A stretch of 64,000 bases of DNA from an uncultured Gemmatimonadota bacterium (GTDB lineage Bacteria; Gemmatimonadota; Gemmatimonadetes; Palauibacterales; Palauibacteraceae). The position numbers and the translations under genes were made by a program. The stretch spans positions 8,826 to 72,825 of the forward strand of contig CAZFDK010000005.1 of the NCBI GenBank assembly GCA_964518305.1, written 5' to 3'. The notes under the pieces are model-generated. The model was not told the origin of the DNA and did not search any database. It saw nothing but the letters and a program-made list of their open reading frames with translations. This document shows, one piece after another, positions 9,056-18,852 of the stretch; the stretch's first letter is position 1, and every line of letters begins with the position of its first letter.

Positions 9056-9142
9056 AAAAGGGGTAAGCCCGGGGAGGCGTGCCGCGGGGCTGAGCCTGTG
9101 CGGGCACCGATCACCCGATAGGAGATCACCTCGAGCCAGCCG

Positions 9143-9538
9143 TTGTTCGGTATGAGCCAAAAAGCGTTGGCGCTCGCTGCCGTGGTTTTTGGAGCGGTCA
9201 CGATTGTTGCCGGCACCCGTGTTCTCACCGGCTCCGATCCGGGATACGTCGTCTTCCTGCCCTTGCTCATCTACAATACGACGATGGGCGTGGTGTACAT
9301 CGGGGTGGGTGCAATTGGTTGGCGTAGCCTCGATCACGGCCGGAACGGAGCGGCTGCGGTATTCCTCCTCAACCTACTCGTCCTTGCAGCCATCTGGATC
9401 CTGTACACGTCCGGTGGCGCGGTGGCGATCGACAGTCTTCGGGCCATGATGCTGCGGACTGCTGTCTGGGGGGTGCTCTTCGTGGGCTTCCGGTGGCTCA
9501 ACCGCAGGTCTGCCGGCGCTGACGGGAAGGCTCAGTGA
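9143..9538 (+). CDS. Hypothetical small integral membrane protein (4 predicted TM helices)
   Basis: 131-aa hydrophobic ORF. No recognisable family. Confidence 0.4.
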   Translation: MFGMSQKALALAAVVFGAVTIVAGTRVLTGSDPGYVVFLPLLIYNTTMGVVYIGVGAIGWRSLDHGRNGAAAVFLLNLLVLAAIWILYTSGGAVAIDSLRAMMLRTAVWGVLFVGFRWLNRRSAGADGKAQ

Positions 9539-9800
9539 AGGACTCGTTGTGCCTGTTCAGAGTCGCGATAGAGCGCGTTCGTTGCAGCTCCTGCTCGGTA
9601 CAGCCGTCGCTCGATCGGCCTCTTCAACTGGGTGGATTCGGATCGGCGGGTGATCTCCCCTGGACTCGGCGAGCAGGGTCAGGCGATCGGCTACCTCGAG
9701 AGATGCACCCCCGGGGCCCTCGAAGTGGCCTGGGCGGCGAGGCGCAACCTGCGGGTCGTCGGCGAGCCCGCCTGGGACTTCGACCTGGAGCAGGCGCGCT

Positions 9801-10409
9801 TCACCACTCGGCGCTCTCGCGCAGCGGCTGCCGGAAGTCCACGTGGCAGGCGGAGCAGCGCTGGAGGAGCTCGGTGGTGAGGGCGACGATCCGGTCCATG
9901 TCCCGGTCACCGGCGACCTTCGCCAGCTCCATGGCCTTCTCGTGCCAGTACTGGTCCGCCGCCACGAATTCCTCGAGCCCCTTTTCGCCGAGCGCGCTCC
10001 GGATTCGCTCGATCTCGCGCGGGGGAATCTTCGCGTGCTCCGCCATGGCCCGGGCAGCCTCCTGGACGACGTCGTAGTTGCCGCGCCAGATCCCGGCCTG
10101 CACCGCAGCCATGTTCTGCTCGAGGTTCCGCATGATGAGCAGAAGGGGAAGGGTGTCCCGGGTCGAGTGCACGGGTTCGTACGGGATGCCCGTCCGCTGA
10201 GTCAGGCCGGCGGTGTCTCGGGCCGCCTCGGCCGCAGATCGCTCCGCGGATGCCGTGCCGGGAGATGCTCCTCGGGCGGGCACGACGGAGTCACCTGCTC
10301 CCCCTCCGGCAGAGGCCCGTGAGCCGTCCTCCGGGCCGCATCCGGCAGCGGCCAGCATCAAGGACGAAGCAGCGACGAGTGCCGTACTGCGTCGACCGAG
10401 TGTCAGCAT
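9801..10409 (-). CDS. Cytochrome c' (class II c-type cytochrome) lipoprotein
   Basis: C-terminal single CxxCH (…LLQRCSACHVDF) within a four-helix-bundle-sized protein. The internal M (MLTLGRRSTALVAASSLMLAAAGC) gives a lipoprotein signal with a lipobox Cys; the ORF track extends 11 aa further upstream. Confidence 0.65.
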   Translation of the reverse strand: MLTLGRRSTALVAASSLMLAAAGCGPEDGSRASAGGGAGDSVVPARGASPGTASAERSAAEAARDTAGLTQRTGIPYEPVHSTRDTLPLLLIMRNLEQNMAAVQAGIWRGNYDVVQEAARAMAEHAKIPPREIERIRSALGEKGLEEFVAADQYWHEKAMELAKVAGDRDMDRIVALTTELLQRCSACHVDFRQPLRESAEW

Positions 10410-10555
10410 CACGTGCTCCCTTCCGGGGGCACTGCGAGGCAACCAGCAATCACGACGTCCAGTGTATTATCACATAGCGACGGCACGTTATACAATCCAG
10501 CAATCCAGCGTCTCCGTCTTCGGAATCATCGCGAAGGGGAAACCTGGCCCAGATA

Positions 10556-10685
10556 GTGAGTAAATACTTATTAACTGCGTGGGCGAAACCCGACGGTTCG
10601 TCGTTCAGGTGACTCGCCGTTCCCCGCCTCCGGAATCGAGCCGGAACCTGACGCGGAGTATGTGAGTAAGTATTTATTTACATAG
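10556..10685. promoter_or_regulatory. Divergent promoter region (cyt c' / TetR) with two AT-rich repeated boxes GTGAGTAAATACTTATT / GTGAGTAAGTATTTATT
   Basis: Two near-identical 17-20-nt AT-rich elements ~107 nt apart (10556-10575 and 10663-10685) in an otherwise GC-rich intergenic region. Likely operator sites for the adjacent TetR-family regulator and/or promoter elements. Confidence 0.45.
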
Positions 10686-10802
10686 GTCGTCCGGGTGCTC
10701 CGGTCTCGTCGCGGCTGGACACCGGCCGGGAGGAGGGAACGCAACGGGGCCGGAGTGGCTGAACAGAGTCGATACCTCGACAGCGGTGGAGAAGGGGAGA
10801 CA

Positions 10803-11447
10803 GTGAGCAGCAGCGAGCAGAGACGGACCTACAAGTCGGGCGAGCAGCGCCGCGCGGAGATCATCACCGCGACGCTGGCGATCCTGGCGGAGAAGGGGAT
10901 GCACGCGTGGACGACTGCGGCGCTCGCCCAACGGGTGGGCGTCTCGGAGGCCGCGATCTTCAAGCACTTCGAGAATAAGGATGAGATCCTGACGGCCGCG
11001 CTGCGGCACCAGGCCCGGGAGCTCCGGTCCCGGATCGAGGAATACGAAGCACAGGGGAGCGCCTGGGAGCGGGCCGAGGGGCTGATCGGTCACCTGCTGG
11101 CCTACCTGGAGCGCACCCAGGGGGGACCACTCGTGATCCTTCTCGGCCAGGCGTCACGGATCCAGCCGGAGATGAAGGAAGAGGTCGGGCGCACGCGGGA
11201 TCTGCTCCAGCTGCGGCTCCGGCAGTTTGCCGCTGAGGCGCTGGAGGAGTCCGGGCAGTCGGCCGAGTTGGATGCCGGCGCGATTGCGGAGACGACGCAC
11301 GCGATCATGCTCTCGGCGGCGCTCCGCGGCATGATCTCGGACGAGAGAGAGGACCTCGTGGACGCCGCGTCGCCGATGCTCGGCGTCCTGCGCCACTGCC
11401 TGGGCAGGGGAGCCGGGTTCAAGACGCAGGAGGAGGGAGACCAGTGA
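10803..11447 (+). CDS. TetR/AcrR-family transcriptional regulator
   Basis: N-terminal HTH 'RRAEIITATLAILAEKGMHAWTTAALAQRVGVSEAAIFKHFENKDEIL'. ORF track begins at 10695; GTG 10803 after the SD 'GGAGAAGGGGAGA' is the more likely start. Immediately precedes the efflux genes. Confidence 0.8.
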   Translation: MSSSEQRRTYKSGEQRRAEIITATLAILAEKGMHAWTTAALAQRVGVSEAAIFKHFENKDEILTAALRHQARELRSRIEEYEAQGSAWERAEGLIGHLLAYLERTQGGPLVILLGQASRIQPEMKEEVGRTRDLLQLRLRQFAAEALEESGQSAELDAGAIAETTHAIMLSAALRGMISDEREDLVDAASPMLGVLRHCLGRGAGFKTQEEGDQ

Positions 11448-12829
11448 ACGGGAAGCCAGTCGTTCGAGCCGCAGTGCTCGCGTTGAGCCTCGCCATCCCG
11501 ATGGCGCCGGCGACGGCGGCCGGCCAGCGGGCGGCGGCTCCGGCGCGGCAGACTGCTCCGGTGCCCCTCGACGAAGCGATCCGCCGGGCCTCGGAGACCC
11601 ACCCGTCGATTCGGGCGTCGGAGGCGGGCACGGAGGCGGCCCGGGCGCGGCTGGACCGGGCGCAGTCCGACTCGTGGCCGGACCTGAGCCTGGTGGGCAG
11701 CGCGACCCAGTATCAGAAGCCCATGGTGGTCCACCCGATCCACGGCTTCACGCCCGGCGAGACGCCCCCCTTCGACGAGACGCTCCTGCAGGGCGGCGCG
11801 CGGCTGGACTACACGCTGTTCGGCGACGGGCGTTCGGGACGGGTTCGGAGCGCCCGGGCGGCGGCCGACGCCAGCCGGGCCGGGACCCGGTCGACAGCCG
11901 CCGACGTGGCCTCCGAGGCCTCGGCCGCCTACCTGACGGCGCTCACCCGCCGGCGCGTGCTCGAGGCCCACGACCGGCGGGTGTCGGCGCTGGAGGCGGA
12001 GCTGGGCCGGGCCCGCGAACAGCACGAGTTGGGACAGTCGCCCCGGGTGCAGGTGATCCGGGCCGAGGCGGAGCTGTCGAGCGCCCGGGCGGAGCGGACG
12101 CAGGTCGCGTCGGACCTGGAGGTGGCCCGCCGTCGCCTCGCCCGGCTGATGGGCGCGGCCCCGGAGGAAGTGGAGCGCCGGGGCGTGGAGGCGGTCTCCC
12201 CGGTCGATTCCGTCACGGCGAGACGGTCCGAGTGGATCGCCCGGGCCGAGCGGGGCAGTCCCGTTCTCGAGCGCGTCCGGCGCGAGCGGGAGGCCGCCGA
12301 GGCGGCGGCCGACGCCGCCCGCTCGGCCCGCCTCCCGAACCTGGAGCTCGGCGCCAGCTGGATGGACCGGGGGAGCGCCGACGGGAACTTCCTCGCCGAG
12401 TGGGGCGTCGGGCTCGACGTGTCGGTGCCGCTGTTCACTCGCGGGCGCGTGAGCGGCGAGATCGATCGCGCCGAGGCCGAGGGTCGCCGGGCCGCGGCGG
12501 CGGCCGAGGCCACCCGGCTCCGGATCGCGGACGCCGTCGACGAGGCTATTTCCGCTCTCGAGGCGGCCCGCTCCCGCCTCGCCGCGCTCCATGACGCCGT
12601 CCGGCAGGCCGAGGAAGTGGCACGCATCGAGAAGCTGCGGCTCGAGGCCGGACGGAGCGTCCAGCCGGATTACCTGGACGCCGAGGCCCGGCTCATGAGC
12701 GCGCGGGCCAGTCGGGCCGAGGCCGAGCACGCGGTGGTCCGGGCCCGGGTCCAGCTGGCCCGGATCACGGGCGAGCTCGACGCCGCGTGGGTCGAGGAGA
12801 ACATCCGAACCGGAGGGGACGGACGATGA
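11444..12829 (+). CDS. TolC-family outer membrane efflux protein
   Basis: 461 aa with a signal peptide and coiled-coil/beta-barrel repeat pattern of outer membrane factors. Start overlaps the tetR stop and the end overlaps the next gene. Confidence 0.8.
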   Translation: MNGKPVVRAAVLALSLAIPMAPATAAGQRAAAPARQTAPVPLDEAIRRASETHPSIRASEAGTEAARARLDRAQSDSWPDLSLVGSATQYQKPMVVHPIHGFTPGETPPFDETLLQGGARLDYTLFGDGRSGRVRSARAAADASRAGTRSTAADVASEASAAYLTALTRRRVLEAHDRRVSALEAELGRAREQHELGQSPRVQVIRAEAELSSARAERTQVASDLEVARRRLARLMGAAPEEVERRGVEAVSPVDSVTARRSEWIARAERGSPVLERVRREREAAEAAADAARSARLPNLELGASWMDRGSADGNFLAEWGVGLDVSVPLFTRGRVSGEIDRAEAEGRRAAAAAEATRLRIADAVDEAISALEAARSRLAALHDAVRQAEEVARIEKLRLEAGRSVQPDYLDAEARLMSARASRAEAEHAVVRARVQLARITGELDAAWVEENIRTGGDGR

Positions 12830-13836
12830 GCTCGAAGCGAGCGAGAATCGCGATGGCGGCCGTGGCGGTGGCCCTGGCGGCGGGGGCCGGCTGGTACCTG
12901 CTCTCCGGGGACGGGGAGGGGGACGACGTCCTGACGGCCTCGGGCACCGTGGAGGCCACGGAGGCCCACCTCGGCTTCCAGGCGGCGGGCCGGATCCGCG
13001 GAATTCGGGTCGAGGAGGGGGACTCCGTGGGCGCCGGCGACACGCTGGCCGTGCTGGACCGGCGGGAGCTGCTGGCCCGGCGCGAGGCCGCGGAGGCGGA
13101 GATCGCGGCGGCCCGGGCCGCCCTCCGCGAGCTGGAGACCGGCTCGCGGCCGCAAGAGCTCGAGCAGGCTCGATCGGCGGTCCGCGCCGCCGAGCAGAAG
13201 CGCGAGGACGCCCGGCGGGACTTCGAGCGCACGAAGAAGCTCTACCAGGGCGGGGCGGCGAGCCGGGAGGCCTTCGACAAGGCCCGGACGCGCCTGGAGG
13301 TGGCCACCGCCGAGCTCGAGCAGGCCCGCGAGGAGCTGAGCCTGGCGGAGGAGGGCCCGCGGCCCGAGAAGCTCCAGGCCCAGAGGGCGCGGCTCCGGGG
13401 AGCGCGGGCGTCCCTGCGGTCGGTGGAGGCCCGGCTGGACAACATGGTCATCACGGCCCCCTACACCGGCCTGATCACGGTTCGGCACCGGGAGCCCGGC
13501 GAGAGCACGCCGCCGGGCGCCGCCGTCTTCACGCTCATGGACCCGACCGACCGCTGGGTCCGGATCTACGTGCGCGAGGACCGGATCGGCGCGGTGAGCC
13601 TGGGCCAGCGGGCCACGATCACCTCGGACACCTACCGCGACCGGTCCTACGGGGGGCGCGTCAGCTTCGTCGCCTCGGAGGCGGAGTTCACGCCGACGAA
13701 CGTCCAGACGCAGGAGGAGCGGGTGAAGCTGGTCTACGCCGTCAAGGTGCGGATCACCGGCGACCCGGACCGGGTGCTGAAGCCCGGGATGCCCGCCGAC
13801 GTCGAGATTCGCCTCGGGGGCGGGAGCGACCGGTGA
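12826..13836 (+). CDS. HlyD-family membrane fusion protein (YbhG-like)
   Basis: Start MSSKRARIAMAAVAVALAAGAGWYLL (TM anchor), long coiled-coil, C-terminal beta-barrel '…ITGDPDRVLKPGMPADVEI'. ATGA overlap with the TolC stop. Confidence 0.8.
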   Translation: MSSKRARIAMAAVAVALAAGAGWYLLSGDGEGDDVLTASGTVEATEAHLGFQAAGRIRGIRVEEGDSVGAGDTLAVLDRRELLARREAAEAEIAAARAALRELETGSRPQELEQARSAVRAAEQKREDARRDFERTKKLYQGGAASREAFDKARTRLEVATAELEQAREELSLAEEGPRPEKLQAQRARLRGARASLRSVEARLDNMVITAPYTGLITVRHREPGESTPPGAAVFTLMDPTDRWVRIYVREDRIGAVSLGQRATITSDTYRDRSYGGRVSFVASEAEFTPTNVQTQEERVKLVYAVKVRITGDPDRVLKPGMPADVEIRLGGGSDR

Positions 13837-14807
13837 CCCGCGACGACGCGGCGGTCCGGGCCCGGGCGCTCTCCCGGCGCTTCGGGGAGCTGGCCGCCGT
13901 CGACGGCCTCGACTTCGAGGTCCGTCCCGGCGAGCTGTTCGGGCTCGTGGGGCCCGACGGGGCGGGGAAGACCACCACGCTACGCATGCTCGCCGGCGTG
14001 CTGCCGCCGAGCGGCGGCGACGCCGTCGTCCTGGGGACCGGGATCGGCGAGGACCCCGAGGCGCCGAAGAGCGAGATCGCGTACATGCCCCAGCGCTTCG
14101 GCCTGTACACGGATCTCACGGTGCGGGAAAACCTGGACTTCTACGCGGACCTCTTCCGGGTGCCGGAGCCCGAGCGAAGCGAGAGGCGCGAGCGGCTGTA
14201 CGAGTTCTCGGGGCTCGCCCCCTTCGGGGACCGGCTGGCAGGCGACCTGTCCGGGGGCATGAAACAGAAGCTCGGGCTCTCCTGTGCGCTGATCCACGAG
14301 CCGGAGCTGCTGCTCCTGGACGAGCCCACCTTCGGCGTCGATCCGATCTCACGCCGGGACCTGTGGATGATCGTCCACGAGATGGTGGCCCGGGGGGTGA
14401 CGGCGATCGTGAGCACCGCCTACATGGACGAGGCGGAGCGCTTCGATCGGGTGGGCCTGCTTGACGGGGGACGGCTTTTGGCGCTGGACACGCCGGACCG
14501 CCTCGCGCGGGACCTGGAGGGTCGGCTGCTCTCGGTTCGGGCCGCCCCGCTTCGGGAGGCCCGGGACCGGCTCGGGAGACTTCCCTTCGTCGTTCGCGCC
14601 GCCGTCTTCGGCGACCGGGTGCACGCCACCGTCGACGACGCAGAGGGGCGACGGGCCGAGACGGAGCGCGGGCTCGAGCAGGCGGGCCTCGCCGACGTCG
14701 ACGTGGAGCCGATCGAGCCGTCCATGGAGGACGTGTTCATGGAACGGGTCCCCGAAGGGGGACGTGCGGCCGCCGGGACCGTCGATCCGGAGGTCGCCGA
14801 TGGCTGA
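13833..14807 (+). CDS. ABC transporter ATP-binding protein (first of two; YbhF N-half-like)
   Basis: Walker A 'GPDGAGKTTT', signature 'LSGGMKQKLGLSCAL', Walker B 'LLLLDEPTFGVD'. GTG start overlapping the HlyD stop. Confidence 0.85.
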   Translation: MTRDDAAVRARALSRRFGELAAVDGLDFEVRPGELFGLVGPDGAGKTTTLRMLAGVLPPSGGDAVVLGTGIGEDPEAPKSEIAYMPQRFGLYTDLTVRENLDFYADLFRVPEPERSERRERLYEFSGLAPFGDRLAGDLSGGMKQKLGLSCALIHEPELLLLDEPTFGVDPISRRDLWMIVHEMVARGVTAIVSTAYMDEAERFDRVGLLDGGRLLALDTPDRLARDLEGRLLSVRAAPLREARDRLGRLPFVVRAAVFGDRVHATVDDAEGRRAETERGLEQAGLADVDVEPIEPSMEDVFMERVPEGGRAAAGTVDPEVADG

Positions 14808-15816
14808 CGGCAGCCCGCGGGAACGGGTCCGCGGGGCGGGTCACGCCGGGGACGGGCGGTCGGCTGCCGGCGACGTGGCGGTGTGGGCGAAGGAGCTCAC
14901 CCGCCGGTTCGGCGACTTCACGGCGGTGGATCACGTCAGCTTCGAGGTCGCCGACGGGGAGATCTTCGGGTTCCTGGGGCCGAACGGCGCCGGGAAGACC
15001 ACGACGATCAAGATGCTCGCCGGGCTTCTCCGACCCACCGAGGGCGAGGGCCGCGTCACGGGATACGACGTGGCAAAGGAGCGGCAGGCCATCCGACGCA
15101 GCATCGGCTACATGTCCCAGCTCTTCTCCCTGTACGCCGATCTCACGGTGGAGGAGAACATCGACTTCTTCGGCCGCCTGTACGGCCTCCGGCGCGGGCG
15201 CCGGGAGGAGCGGAAGGAGTGGGCGCTCGAGATGGCGGGGCTGGGCGACCGGCGCGACCGGATCACCGGGGACCTGCCGCTGGGCTGGAAGCAGCGCCTG
15301 GCCCTGGGGTGCGCGGTGCTCCACGAGCCGCCGATCCTCTTCCTGGACGAGCCCACCTCCGGCGTCGATCCCTCCTCGCGGCGCGCCTTCTGGGACCTGA
15401 TCCACGACCTCGCCGAGGGGGGGACCACGGTCTTCGTCACCACCCACTACATGCAGGAGGCGGAGTACTGCGACCGGCTGGCGCTCATGAACCGGGGCGA
15501 GCTCATCGCCCTGGACGAGCCGGCCCGGCTCCGGGAGCAGATGACCGAGCCCCTGCTCGAGGTCCGGGTGGACGACCCCGTTCGGGGCGTGGAGGCGCTG
15601 CAGGGGGCGCCGGGCGTGATCGAGGCGGCCATGTTCGGCCGCCGGCTCCACCTGGCGCTGGAGGAGGGGGCCGACCTCGAGGACGCGAGAAGAGCGGTGG
15701 CCCGACGCCTCGAGGAGGCCGGCGTCGAGCTGGAGAGCGTCGCGCGGGTCGTCCCGTCGCTGGAGGACGTGTTCGTCGGGCGGGTGCGCGCCGCCGGCGG
15801 GGCGCCGACCGAGTGA
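14800..15816 (+). CDS. ABC transporter ATP-binding protein (second; YbhF C-half-like)
   Basis: Walker A 'GPNGAGKTTT', 'LPLGWKQRLALGCAV', 'ILFLDEPTSGVD'. Internal ATG 14800 of the 451-aa ORF; overlaps the previous stop. Confidence 0.85.
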   Translation: MADGSPRERVRGAGHAGDGRSAAGDVAVWAKELTRRFGDFTAVDHVSFEVADGEIFGFLGPNGAGKTTTIKMLAGLLRPTEGEGRVTGYDVAKERQAIRRSIGYMSQLFSLYADLTVEENIDFFGRLYGLRRGRREERKEWALEMAGLGDRRDRITGDLPLGWKQRLALGCAVLHEPPILFLDEPTSGVDPSSRRAFWDLIHDLAEGGTTVFVTTHYMQEAEYCDRLALMNRGELIALDEPARLREQMTEPLLEVRVDDPVRGVEALQGAPGVIEAAMFGRRLHLALEEGADLEDARRAVARRLEEAGVELESVARVVPSLEDVFVGRVRAAGGAPTE

Positions 15817-15829
15817 GGGAGGACCGGCG

Positions 15830-16951
15830 ATGATCGACCTCGGCCGGCTGTGGGCGATGGCCCGCAAGGAGGCCCTCCAGCTGCGGCGGGACACCCGGAG
15901 CCTCATTCTCGCCTTCCTGCTCCCGGTGACGCTGGTGGTGCTCTTCGGATACGCCATCAGCTGGGACGTGGAGAACATCCAGACCGCGGTGCTGGACCAG
16001 GACCACTCGGCCCGCAGCCGCGAGCTGCTCGACGCCTTTCGCGCCTCCGGCTACTTCGAGTTCGTGGATGTCCCGGAGGACTACGCCCGGGGCCCGGAGG
16101 AGCTCCTGGACCGCGGCGACGCCCGGATCGTCCTGGTGGTGCCGCCCGACTTCTCGGAGGATCTGGACGCCGAGCGGACGGCCGAGGTCCAGGCGCTGGT
16201 GGACGGCACCGACGCCAACACGGCGACGATCACGCTCGGCTACGCCCGGGCGATCGTTCAGGACTACTCCCGGAGCGTCCGCTTCGCCGGCCGCACGGTC
16301 TCGCCCCCGGTGCAGTCCGACTCCCGGGTGTGGTACAACGAGGAACTCGAGAGCAAGAACATGATCGTGCCCGGGCTGGTGGCGGTGATCATGATGATCA
16401 TCGCCGCCATGCTCACCTCGCTGACCATCGCCCGGGAGTGGGAGCGGGGGACCATGGAGCAGCTGGCCTCCACGCCCGTGGGGAGAGCGGAGGTGGTGCT
16501 GGGCAAGCTCCTCCCCTACGTGGCCATCGGCCTCGTCGACGTGGTCCTGGTCAGCGTCATCGGCGTCTGGCTGTTCGGCGTGCCCTTCCGGGGGAACGCA
16601 GGCCTCCTGATGATCCTGTCCCTGGCCTTCATCATCGGCGCCGCCACGCTGGGCATGTTCATCTCCGCGGTGGCGAAGTCCCAGCTGCTGGCCACCCAGC
16701 TGGCGATGATCCTCACGTTCCTGCCGGCCTTCCTCCTCTCCGGGTTCATGTACGCCATCGAGGTCATGCCGGCGGCGCTGGAGGCGGTGACCTACCTGAT
16801 CCCGGCGCGCTATTTCCTGGTGGTCACCCGGGGCATCTTCCTCAAGGGCGTCGGTGTCGAGGTGCTACGGGTCCAGGGACTGCTGATGATCGCCTTCGCC
16901 GCGGTCGGAATCTTCGCGTCGATTCGCGTCTTCCGGAAGGCGATCCGATGA
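15830..16951 (+). CDS. ABC-2 family transporter permease (YbhS-like)
   Basis: 373 aa with N-terminal TM, a large periplasmic loop, then 5 TM helices. ABC-2 type. Confidence 0.8.
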   Translation: MIDLGRLWAMARKEALQLRRDTRSLILAFLLPVTLVVLFGYAISWDVENIQTAVLDQDHSARSRELLDAFRASGYFEFVDVPEDYARGPEELLDRGDARIVLVVPPDFSEDLDAERTAEVQALVDGTDANTATITLGYARAIVQDYSRSVRFAGRTVSPPVQSDSRVWYNEELESKNMIVPGLVAVIMMIIAAMLTSLTIAREWERGTMEQLASTPVGRAEVVLGKLLPYVAIGLVDVVLVSVIGVWLFGVPFRGNAGLLMILSLAFIIGAATLGMFISAVAKSQLLATQLAMILTFLPAFLLSGFMYAIEVMPAALEAVTYLIPARYFLVVTRGIFLKGVGVEVLRVQGLLMIAFAAVGIFASIRVFRKAIR

Positions 16952-18087
16952 CCGACCGGCCGCTCCGGGACCGGACCGCCGATTCCCTCCTCCGGATGGC
17001 CGGGCTGCTGGTGAAGGAGTTCCGTCAGATCTTCCGGGATCCCCGCCTGGCACGCGTCATCTTCATCAGTCCCCTTATCCAGCTCGTGGTCTTCGGCTAC
17101 GCGGTCTCCACCGACCTGTGGAAGACCTCCACCCTCGTCGTGGACCACGACCGGACCCAGGCCTCGCGGCAGCTCGTGGAGTCGCTCACCTCCTCCGGCT
17201 ACTTCCGGGTGACCGGCCGATCCGACCGGGGAGGGGACATCGTCGACGCGCTGGACCACGGCGACGCGGTGGTGGGACTTCAGATCCCGCCGGACTTCTC
17301 GACACGCCTCCGCGACGGAGACGCTCGCGTCCAGCTGCTCTTCGACGGCACGAACTCCAACACCGCCTCCGTGGCCAAGTCCTACGCCGAGCGGATCGTC
17401 CTGCAGTACGGCCTCGAGCGCGCCTCGGCCGCCCCGCCGGAGGCCGTGGAGCTCCGGGAGCGGGCCTGGTACAACCCGAGCCTGGAGAGCCGCAACTACA
17501 ACGTCCCGGCGGTCGTCGGGGCCCTCATCCTCCTGGTCTGCCTGCTCCTCACCTCGCTCGCCGTGGTCCGGGAACGGGAGATCGGCACGCTCGAGCAGCT
17601 CGAGGTGAGCCCGCTGACCCCCGGGGAGCTGATCGTGGGGAAGACCCTCCCCTTCGCGGTCATCGGCCTGGTGGATTTGGCGATCGTCACCGGCGCCGCG
17701 CTGCTCTGGTTCGACGTCCCCTTCCGGGGAACCGTGGGCCCGCTGCTGCTGGCCAGCGTCCTGTACCTGCTGTCGGGACTCGGCCTGGGGCTTTTCATCT
17801 CCACGATCTCGAAGACCCAGCAGGAGGCCTTCATGGGCAGCTTCCTGGTCTTCATGCCCGCCATCCTGCTCTCCGGCTTCATGTTCCCCGTGAGCAGCAT
17901 GCCGCGGAGCTTCCAGTGGCTGACGCTGGTCAACCCGGTGCGGCACTACATCGAGATCGTCCGTGACGTCTTCCTCAAGGGGACCGGCGTCTGGACCATG
18001 TGGCCGAAGTTCGCCGCCCTGCTGGCCCTGGGCGCCGGGCTCCTGTTGATCGCCACCGTTCGCTTCCGGCGAGAGACCGGGGGATGA
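16948..18087 (+). CDS. ABC-2 family transporter permease (YbhR-like)
   Basis: Starts at internal ATG 16948 (MTDRPLRDRTADSLLRMAGLLVKEFRQIFRDPRL…) of the 745-aa track ORF. Paralogous to the preceding permease. Confidence 0.8.
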   Translation: MTDRPLRDRTADSLLRMAGLLVKEFRQIFRDPRLARVIFISPLIQLVVFGYAVSTDLWKTSTLVVDHDRTQASRQLVESLTSSGYFRVTGRSDRGGDIVDALDHGDAVVGLQIPPDFSTRLRDGDARVQLLFDGTNSNTASVAKSYAERIVLQYGLERASAAPPEAVELRERAWYNPSLESRNYNVPAVVGALILLVCLLLTSLAVVREREIGTLEQLEVSPLTPGELIVGKTLPFAVIGLVDLAIVTGAALLWFDVPFRGTVGPLLLASVLYLLSGLGLGLFISTISKTQQEAFMGSFLVFMPAILLSGFMFPVSSMPRSFQWLTLVNPVRHYIEIVRDVFLKGTGVWTMWPKFAALLALGAGLLLIATVRFRRETGG

Positions 18088-18109
18088 GACCGCCGCGGAA
18101 TTCCACCGT

Positions 18110-18667
18110 CTAACCCACGCCGTCGGAAGCTGGCTCGCCGCTCTTCTGCTGCTCGGGAAGCCGAACGTCCTCCAGGAAGAACGCCGCCAGCTCGGCGCGG
18201 CCCGAGAGGCCCGCCTTCCGGTACACGCTGGAGGCGTGCTGCCGGCAGGTGCGCTCGCTCCGGTCCGTGCGGCGGGCGATCTGCCGGTGGCTGTAGCCCT
18301 TGATCAGCAGCAGGGCCACCTCGCGCTCCGCCGGGGTCAGGTCCCAGGCGCGGAACTGCTCCTCCATGGCCTCGCCCAGCTCCCTCAACAGCCGGCCGGC
18401 CCGCTCCCGCCAGGCGTCACGCTCCTCCTCGCGCCGCTCCAGCTCCTCCCGGGTGCGGTCCAGGGTGCGGGAGGTGCGGCGCCACGCCCGCCACAGGTAG
18501 ACGGCGAGCCCCAGGCTCAGGGCGATCAGGAAGACCTCGACCACCACGTGGGGGGTGAGCCAGGACGCCGGGGCATCCAGGGCCAGGTCCACGACCCCGC
18601 CTACCACCACGGCCAGGAAGGCCAGGACCACCAGGGGCGTGACGCGGGAGACGTCCGGCTCCCTCAT
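18110..18667 (-). CDS. LuxR-family transcriptional regulator with N-terminal membrane segments
   Basis: C-terminal 'TPAEREVALLLIKGYSHRQIARRTDRSERTCRQHASSVYRKAGLSGRAEL' = LuxR/GerE HTH. N-terminus has two TM helices plus a coiled coil. Start chosen at MREPDVSR. Confidence 0.7.
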   Translation of the reverse strand: MREPDVSRVTPLVVLAFLAVVVGGVVDLALDAPASWLTPHVVVEVFLIALSLGLAVYLWRAWRRTSRTLDRTREELERREEERDAWRERAGRLLRELGEAMEEQFRAWDLTPAEREVALLLIKGYSHRQIARRTDRSERTCRQHASSVYRKAGLSGRAELAAFFLEDVRLPEQQKSGEPASDGVG

Positions 18668-18852
18668 CGGGGACCGCTCCTCCCACGTGCGTGGGGGTGA
18701 CCTCTCAGGATGCCGTCCCCACACGGGTTATCCGGGCCCGTACGGATGTCGGATGGCGCCGGGATCCATCCCGGGTTTTCGTGGTCGACGCGGGGACGGG
18801 ATGTCGCCGCGGAGACGATGAGCAACGTGAAACCCACAGAGGGAGGTCGGCG

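Noticed and set aside
11102-12730. 542-aa minus-strand ORF and 306-aa + ORF 11674..12594
   Set aside because: Overlap the TolC-family gene (11444..12829 +) in other frames; composition typical of spurious GC-rich frames.
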